A program made the position numbers and the translations under genes. A stretch of 64,000 nt of DNA, taken from positions 4,142 through 68,141 of the forward strand of contig CAZIJT010000001.1 in assembly GCA_964539595.1 (NCBI GenBank), in the 5' to 3' direction. This document shows, in pieces, positions 57,744 to 64,000 of this stretch (position 1 is its first letter; every line of letters starts with the position of its first letter). The notes beneath the pieces were generated by a model. It ran no database searches, was not told where the DNA came from, and was given only the letters and a program-made list of their open reading frames with translations. This stretch comes from an uncultured Thiohalophilus sp. (GTDB lineage: Bacteria; Pseudomonadota; Gammaproteobacteria; UBA6429; Thiohalophilaceae).

Positions 57744-58649
<906 letters not shown>

Positions 58650-58695
58650 TTATTATGTGAATAAACAACCCCGCAACAAACTACAGGGTATTAAT

Positions 58696-58762
58696 TGTAG
58701 GTTCGCCTTCTACCCTTCGGGCACCATGAGGCGAACATGTGCGGCTGAAGCCGCACCTACAG
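58696..58762. repeat. REP-like element with nested insertion
   Basis: The sequence is GTAGGTTCGCC-[TTCTACCCTTCGGGCAC CATGA]-GGCGAACATGTGCGGCTGAAGCCGCACCTACAG. The bracketed block resembles the reverse complement of 39838-39855. Confidence 0.7.
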
Positions 58763-58809
58763 AACCCCGCCGCTTGTTGCGGGGTATTGGATCATTAAAG
58801 GATTAAACA

Positions 58810-61443
58810 TTAAAACGGCAGTTTCAGTGATGGGCTAATCTCCAGCATCACCGTTTTAAATTCAGCCTGAATACGTTTCATCACCTCTTCCGTTTGCGCT
58901 TCAAAACGCAGCACCAGACACGGCGTAGTATTAGACGCGCGTACCAGTCCCCAGCCATCTTCATAGTCCACCCTAATACCATCGATCATGGTGACATTGG
59001 CATTAGCAAAATCAGCCTTGTCGAGCAGCGCATCCATAAATTTGAAGTGTTCTCCTTCGGCCATATTGATATTTAATTCTGGCGTGTTCACGGCATCGGG
59101 CAGAGCCGCAAAAACTTCATGTGCCGGACGATCATCAGCGGCAAGAATCTCCAGCAGCCGTGCGCCAGAATACAGGCCATCGTCAAAACCATACCAGCGT
59201 TCCTTGAAGAAAATATGTCCGCTCATCTCACCAGCCAGCAGCGATCCGGACTGTTTCATCTTTGCCTTGATCAAGGAATGGCCGGTTTTCCACATCAGCG
59301 GTTCGCCACCTTTTTCCCAGATCACTTTGGTAAGATTATTACTACACTTGATATCATAAATAATTTGCGCGCCATGATTGCGCGACAGCACATCGGCAGC
59401 AAACAACATCATTAACCGATCTGGCCAGATGATACTACCATTGCCACTGACCACACCCAGACGATCACCATCGCCATCAAAAGCCAGTCCCAGATCCGCA
59501 CTCTGCGCACGCACCGCATCAATCAGATCGCGCAGGTTCTCGGGTTTACTAGGATCAGGATGATGGTTGGGGAAATTTCCATCCACCTCACTGTAAAGCT
59601 CGATTACCTCACAGCCTAATGAGTTGAATAACTTCGGCGCAATCGCCCCGGCCACGCCATTGCCACAGTCGATAACGACTTTCAGCTTGCGCTTGAGTTT
59701 CACGTCCGAGACCACACGCTCAATATATTCGTTGCTGATCACCCGGGTGGTGTAGTCACCACTGCCACGCGTGAAATCTTCACCGATAATGCGTTCACGT
59801 AAAGACTGAATCGCATCTCCGGACAAGGTGTCTCCACCCAACACTATTTTAATACCATTATAGTCTGGCGGATTATGACTGCCCGTGAGCATCACACCCG
59901 AGCCTTCGGCCATTTCAACGGCGGCATAATACAATACCGGTGTTGGCACCATACCTACATCCAGCACATTCATACCCGCTGCCTGCATACCCTTGACCAG
60001 TGCGCCACCCAACTCAGGTCCAGACAGACGACCATCGCGGGCAAAGGCAATCTTGTCCAGGCCGCGACCAATGGCTTCACTGCCCAGTGCCTTACCAAGC
60101 AGCATCATAATTTGTGGTGTCAATGTTTTACCGACAATACCGCGAATGTCATAGGCTTTAAAAATAGACGCGGACGGCTGATTAGGATTTTCAGGCTGCG
60201 CGTTGGTCGCACTTTGCACGCCACTGTTTGAAGCATCGCTAGTCGCAGGCTGTTGCATCTGCTGACTCATGCGCTGTTTAAATTCAGCATCGTTATCCAG
60301 CTCCTGCACTTCCATGCTGCTGGTGTCCATGAACACGCGATCCATACTACGCGACATGCTGATATCACTAATGCTAACCGCATCGGGATCACCATCGCGT
60401 TCCCGATCCAGCGTTTGCCCCTGCATCAGACTATCGAAACGCCCAGCGGCGGTTTTAAACTCCGGCATATTAAGGCTATATTCATGCCGCTTAATGCCGC
60501 GCAAGAAATTCGCCTCCATTTGCATGAAGCTCTCAATATCTACCTGCACGGATCGGCTTAATGCGCTTTTCAGCAGGAACAGCAACATTGCTGTTAACAA
60601 CATTGCCACCAGCACAATCACCAGTAAATTCATATTGAACAGAGAGGGAACCGCCAGCGGTGTCCAGACAGTCATCCGCCAGCGTGTGCCGGAGACTTTA
60701 GCAAAGGCTAACAGACCACTTGTTTTTGCCGCCGCATCGCCTGACTGACCCACCATCAAGGCAGGTTTACCTTCAACCGGCTGGGTCAGCTCCAGATAAC
60801 CTTTAACCCCTTCTTCCTGTAACCACTTATTTATCAGCATCACATCCAGCGCTAGCTGAATATGTCCCACCACCTTATCGCCCGCCAGAGACAACACGGG
60901 TTGCAGAATATCGATGTGTTGTTGAGCCGTGCCAAAAACATGAATTTCCACTGGCGGGCTAAGATGCTTATCTTCTGCCTGCCGTTGCATATCTAAACAG
61001 GCAAAACCTAAATGTGGCGTCTGCCGCTTGTCCATCTTAAACACGCCAGTCGGTAACATGCGCAAGCGTAACGCACCAGGAAACTGTTTTTTCAAGATGT
61101 CGGACTTGGCGCGTTTGGCCACATCATCATCGGAACGAATCAGACTGCGTATCTCGGGATCAGCGGCAATACCTCGCAAGGCCTGGGCATAATAGGCCAC
61201 ACTGAACGCCAGTTTGTGCGCTGTACGCGCGGCAATAGCGTTAGCCACCGCGCTTTGTTGCAAACGTAATTCGGTAAGACCGGGGTACTGGCTAAAGAAA
61301 CTTGCCGCTAAAACAATGAAGCTAAAAAACACAAATGCCAGCAGGCTGGCGAGATTCAGACTAAGCGTTCTTTGTGCGCCCGTTTTTTTGCTCTTACGAG
61401 TCCGACGTTTCCGTGTTTTCGCCACTGTAGATTTTCTCCCCAT
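58810..61443 (-). CDS. algC: phosphomannomutase/phosphoglucomutase with ~425-aa N-terminal membrane/periplasmic extension
   Basis: The C-terminal ~455 aa are PMM/PGM (FKAYDIRG, TGSHNP, DGDGDR, GEMSGH). The N-terminus has a basic stretch, a TM helix, ~240 aa, a second TM helix and a linker. The argB-algC-dut-coaBC order matches Pseudomonas. Confidence 0.85.
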   Translation of the reverse strand: MGRKSTVAKTRKRRTRKSKKTGAQRTLSLNLASLLAFVFFSFIVLAASFFSQYPGLTELRLQQSAVANAIAARTAHKLAFSVAYYAQALRGIAADPEIRSLIRSDDDVAKRAKSDILKKQFPGALRLRMLPTGVFKMDKRQTPHLGFACLDMQRQAEDKHLSPPVEIHVFGTAQQHIDILQPVLSLAGDKVVGHIQLALDVMLINKWLQEEGVKGYLELTQPVEGKPALMVGQSGDAAAKTSGLLAFAKVSGTRWRMTVWTPLAVPSLFNMNLLVIVLVAMLLTAMLLFLLKSALSRSVQVDIESFMQMEANFLRGIKRHEYSLNMPEFKTAAGRFDSLMQGQTLDRERDGDPDAVSISDISMSRSMDRVFMDTSSMEVQELDNDAEFKQRMSQQMQQPATSDASNSGVQSATNAQPENPNQPSASIFKAYDIRGIVGKTLTPQIMMLLGKALGSEAIGRGLDKIAFARDGRLSGPELGGALVKGMQAAGMNVLDVGMVPTPVLYYAAVEMAEGSGVMLTGSHNPPDYNGIKIVLGGDTLSGDAIQSLRERIIGEDFTRGSGDYTTRVISNEYIERVVSDVKLKRKLKVVIDCGNGVAGAIAPKLFNSLGCEVIELYSEVDGNFPNHHPDPSKPENLRDLIDAVRAQSADLGLAFDGDGDRLGVVSGNGSIIWPDRLMMLFAADVLSRNHGAQIIYDIKCSNNLTKVIWEKGGEPLMWKTGHSLIKAKMKQSGSLLAGEMSGHIFFKERWYGFDDGLYSGARLLEILAADDRPAHEVFAALPDAVNTPELNINMAEGEHFKFMDALLDKADFANANVTMIDGIRVDYEDGWGLVRASNTTPCLVLRFEAQTEEVMKRIQAEFKTVMLEISPSLKLPF

Positions 61444-61502
61444 TATTGGCAGCTGTCGGCGTCAGTTTTGTGACCCCGACAGCGTAAACGATCCAGTTTG
61501 TT

Positions 61503-61958
61503 TCAGCCCCGCCCGGTATGTCCGAAGCCACCGGCCGCACGCGCACTGCTATCAAAATCTTCGACGATTTCAAACTCAGCCTGTATCACCGGAACCAGCA
61601 CCAGTTGCGCAATCCGATCACCCACCTCAATAGTAAAAGCGGTATCGCCACGGTTCCAGCAGGAGACAAACAACTGCCCCTGATAATCCGAATCAATCAA
61701 TCCCACCAGATTGCCCAGCACGATACCATGTTTATGTCCCAGTCCAGAACGTGGCAGAATCATCGCAGCCAGTCCTGGGTTTTCAATGTGGATTGCCATC
61801 CCCGTTGGAATCAAATGCGTCTCGCCCGGTTTGATGCACAGCGATGCGTCCAGACAGGCGCGCAAGTCCAGCCCGGCTGATCCATCTGTTGCATATTCGG
61901 GCATCGGAATCGCCTGCCCCAATCGCGCGTCCAGAATTTTAAGTTTAATATTATTCAT
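61503..61958 (-). CDS. dut: dUTP diphosphatase
   Basis: 151 aa with [20 protein letters not shown] and a C-terminal GGFGHTG. Confidence 0.95.
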   Translation of the reverse strand: MNNIKLKILDARLGQAIPMPEYATDGSAGLDLRACLDASLCIKPGETHLIPTGMAIHIENPGLAAMILPRSGLGHKHGIVLGNLVGLIDSDYQGQLFVSCWNRGDTAFTIEVGDRIAQLVLVPVIQAEFEIVEDFDSSARAAGGFGHTGRG

Positions 61959-62015
61959 GCTTTTATCCCCAAAAATGTATCGGCAATCCGCCTAAAAAAA
62001 TAAGCCCTTGCAGCA

Positions 62016-63281
62016 TTACCGCTTTATATTAATCACTTTATTATCTGTACTATCTGCCTTTGACTGCTGATGCAGAAGGTAACGCTGAGCAGTGACGCTG
62101 ATAAGCTGACGCGCCAGTTTGGCTTTAGATGCCTGCTCCAACTCCAGTTCCCCCCCTCGCCAGAACAGATGCAGGGCATTATGGTCACTGCCAAAGGTAC
62201 CCTCAGTCGCTTTCGCCGCCGCCCCCACCCAGTTAGCCGCGACCATCTCAATCGCTTTTTTATGTAACTTCTGCTGCGCGTAATCCGCCAGATTTTGTGT
62301 TTCCGCCGCAAAGCCGACACAGAACAAACGAGGGCATTGCTGTTTCACCGTGGCAAGAATATCCGGGTTCGGCAACAGTTCCAGGGTTAACCTGTTATCG
62401 TTTCTTTTCAGCTTTTCGTCCCCCGCTAACGCAGGTCGATAGTCGGCTACCGCCGCCGTGGAAATAAATATGTCGGCTGCTTTTGCCTGTTGCAAAATCA
62501 CATCGTGCATTTCCATCGCGCTGATCACATCGAGGCGTTCAACTCGTTCCGGCGTGGGTAAATTCACCGGCCCGGCCACCAGCATCACCTTTGCCCCGGC
62601 CTCCTGCGCAGCGGCAGCAATACTAAAACCCATTTTGCCGGAACTGTGATTACTTAAATAGCGCACCGGATCAATGGCTTCGCGGGTCGGCCCGGCACTC
62701 ACCAATACGGTCTTACCACTCAGGCTACCGGGGCTGAACAAGTCGGCCAGTTGTGCCAGCATTGCCTCGGCAGAAAGTAGACGCCCCGCTCCCACCTCAC
62801 CGCAGGCCTGTTCACCGTTCTCCGGCTCCAGCATCAACACGCCGCGACTACCCAGCAAACGCACATTTTCCTGGGTCGCCGCGCTCGACCACATTTGCAC
62901 ATTCATCGCCGGGGCAACCGCCAGTGGCACCGTGCCACCCGCAAGGCAGATGGCCGCGAGCAGATCATCCGCCCGTCCCTGGGTTAGCCGGGCAATAAAA
63001 TCCGCGCTCGCCGGAGCAACCAGAATCACATCCGCCCAGCGCGCCAGCTGAATATGTCCCATACCGGCTTCGGCTTCAGTATCCAGCAAATGCAAATGCA
63101 CCGGGTTTCCTGAGAGCGCCTGAAAGGTCATCGGGGTAACAAATTCCGTTGCCCCACGGGTCATCACCACCCGCACCTCAGCCCCCGCTTCACGCAAGCG
63201 GCGCACCCAGTCAGCCGCCTTGTACGCGGCAATGCTACCGGTGACACCGAGCAGAATTCGTTTGTTAGTAAGGACTTGCAT
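62016..63281 (-). CDS. coaBC: bifunctional phosphopantothenoylcysteine decarboxylase / synthetase
   Basis: 421 aa. It has an N-terminal flavoprotein block ([14 protein letters not shown]) and C-terminal CoaB blocks ([15 protein letters not shown]). Confidence 0.95.
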   Translation of the reverse strand: MQVLTNKRILLGVTGSIAAYKAADWVRRLREAGAEVRVVMTRGATEFVTPMTFQALSGNPVHLHLLDTEAEAGMGHIQLARWADVILVAPASADFIARLTQGRADDLLAAICLAGGTVPLAVAPAMNVQMWSSAATQENVRLLGSRGVLMLEPENGEQACGEVGAGRLLSAEAMLAQLADLFSPGSLSGKTVLVSAGPTREAIDPVRYLSNHSSGKMGFSIAAAAQEAGAKVMLVAGPVNLPTPERVERLDVISAMEMHDVILQQAKAADIFISTAAVADYRPALAGDEKLKRNDNRLTLELLPNPDILATVKQQCPRLFCVGFAAETQNLADYAQQKLHKKAIEMVAANWVGAAAKATEGTFGSDHNALHLFWRGGELELEQASKAKLARQLISVTAQRYLLHQQSKADSTDNKVINIKR

Positions 63282-63380
63282 AGTGGCTCAGTTTAGCAGA
63301 AGAGATCGGATCAATACCAAGCATAATACCCACAAAAACGACATAGCCCGTCCTCTAGCACGCGCTTTTCATAAACTGCT

Positions 63381-63431
63381 CCGCAGCAAGCGGACGGGGT
63401 ATGAGTGGTAGGTTCGCAGCAAGCTGTGGGG
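63381..63431. repeat. REP-like element (GCAGCAAGCGGACGGGGTATGAGTGGTAGGTTCGCAGCAAGCTGTGGGG)
   Basis: It shares GGTATGAGTGGTAGGTTCGC and GCAAGCTG blocks with 39775-39812. Confidence 0.7.
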
Positions 63432-63468
63432 AATGATAGCCAACACAGATTAACTTCCGGGAAATTTA

Positions 63469-64000
63469 TCAGGGGTTTTCACTCAACTCACGATTCACCT
63501 TTATCCGAATAACTCTTGCGGTCGCAGTGGCAGATGCGCCGCCATCCGATAACACATGCATCGTAAAACCCTGACTCAAACCACTGCTGGAACCTTCTGC
63601 GCTGGCTGTCCCTGCCGAAGCCTCTGCCCCGGCCTGAAAGCTCCACTTTCCCGTTTTCCATTGATCCAGCACGTCCTGATTATTAAACACCAACAGGGCT
63701 TTATAGGAACGTGCGCCCCAGCCACCGCCGATATCAAATCTACCTACCGTAAAATAAATACGTTGTTGGGGGTTTTTAATAAACGTAACACCTTCACCGC
63801 CCCCTGCACCCACAATTGGCACCTTGGTCAATTTCATATTGGCAACGGCATAGCCCAGTGACGTATCAAGTTCCTGCTGAATAGCAGGATCCTGTTTTAT
63901 AAGCCCGGCAATAGCTGTTTCTGCCATCTCATCAAGCTCACTACGTTTCTGATTTTTTTCTAATTCTGTCATAGATGAACAACCGAAAAGAATAAATAAC
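63469..64000 (-). CDS. lipoprotein with Ysc84/SYLF (DUF500)-like domain; N-terminus runs off the window
   Basis: The ORF track starts it at M63972. The frame stays open to the window edge, and the upstream codons read LFILFGCSS (a lipobox). The true start is therefore beyond 64000. Confidence 0.6.
   Translation of the reverse strand, partial: LFILFGCSSMTELEKNQKRSELDEMAETAIAGLIKQDPAIQQELDTSLGYAVANMKLTKVPIVGAGGGEGVTFIKNPQQRIYFTVGRFDIGGGWGARSYKALLVFNNQDVLDQWKTGKWSFQAGAEASAGTASAEGSSSGLSQGFTMHVLSDGGASATATARVIRIKVNRELSENP

Overview
The window is a chromosomal segment from a gammaproteobacterium. This is inferred from SlmA and the Pseudomonas-like argB-algC-dut-coaBC and slmA-pyrE synteny. I saw no integrase, transposase, phage genes, rRNA, tRNA or CRISPR.

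- **1-23 kb:** an anaerobic respiration block. It holds a truncated cti gene and a clade II (Sec-type) nitrous oxide reductase cluster: nosZ, two c-type cytochromes, a nosB-like gene and nosDGH-nosFLY. ubiE/menG is translationally coupled to nosY. An almost complete menaquinone pathway follows (menE, thioesterase, menC, menA, menB, menD, menF).
- **23-39 kb:** a copper and heme respiratory island, the most unusual part of the window.
  - It has three Sco/SenC paralogues. One is fused to a ZnuA-like binding protein whose metal-binding His residues are all Tyr.
  - It also has DUF420, heme O and heme A synthases, and a CuA subunit II.
  - There are two heme-copper-oxidase-type catalytic subunits, both lacking the usual His-Tyr signature.
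  - One gene fuses a bc1-type diheme cytochrome b to two 4Fe-4S motifs and an MvhD/FlpD-like domain.
  - The island ends with a Cys-less Crp/Fnr (Dnr-like) regulator and a hemerythrin.
- **Regulation:** five near-perfect TTGAY-N4-RTCAA boxes sit in promoters across the window.
- **39-64 kb:** mostly housekeeping genes (metH, ttcA, lpxL-like, PLD, xthA, pyrE, slmA, argB, algC, dut, coaBC). The exceptions are a 921-aa secreted beta-propeller/choice-of-anchor-D protein and a 1081-aa ATPase-TPR-SARP regulator.
- **Repeats:** a REP-like palindromic family (GTAGGT.CG.CTTCAG.CG.AC) occupies many intergenic regions.

All functional calls rest on motifs read from the translations. No database search was run.
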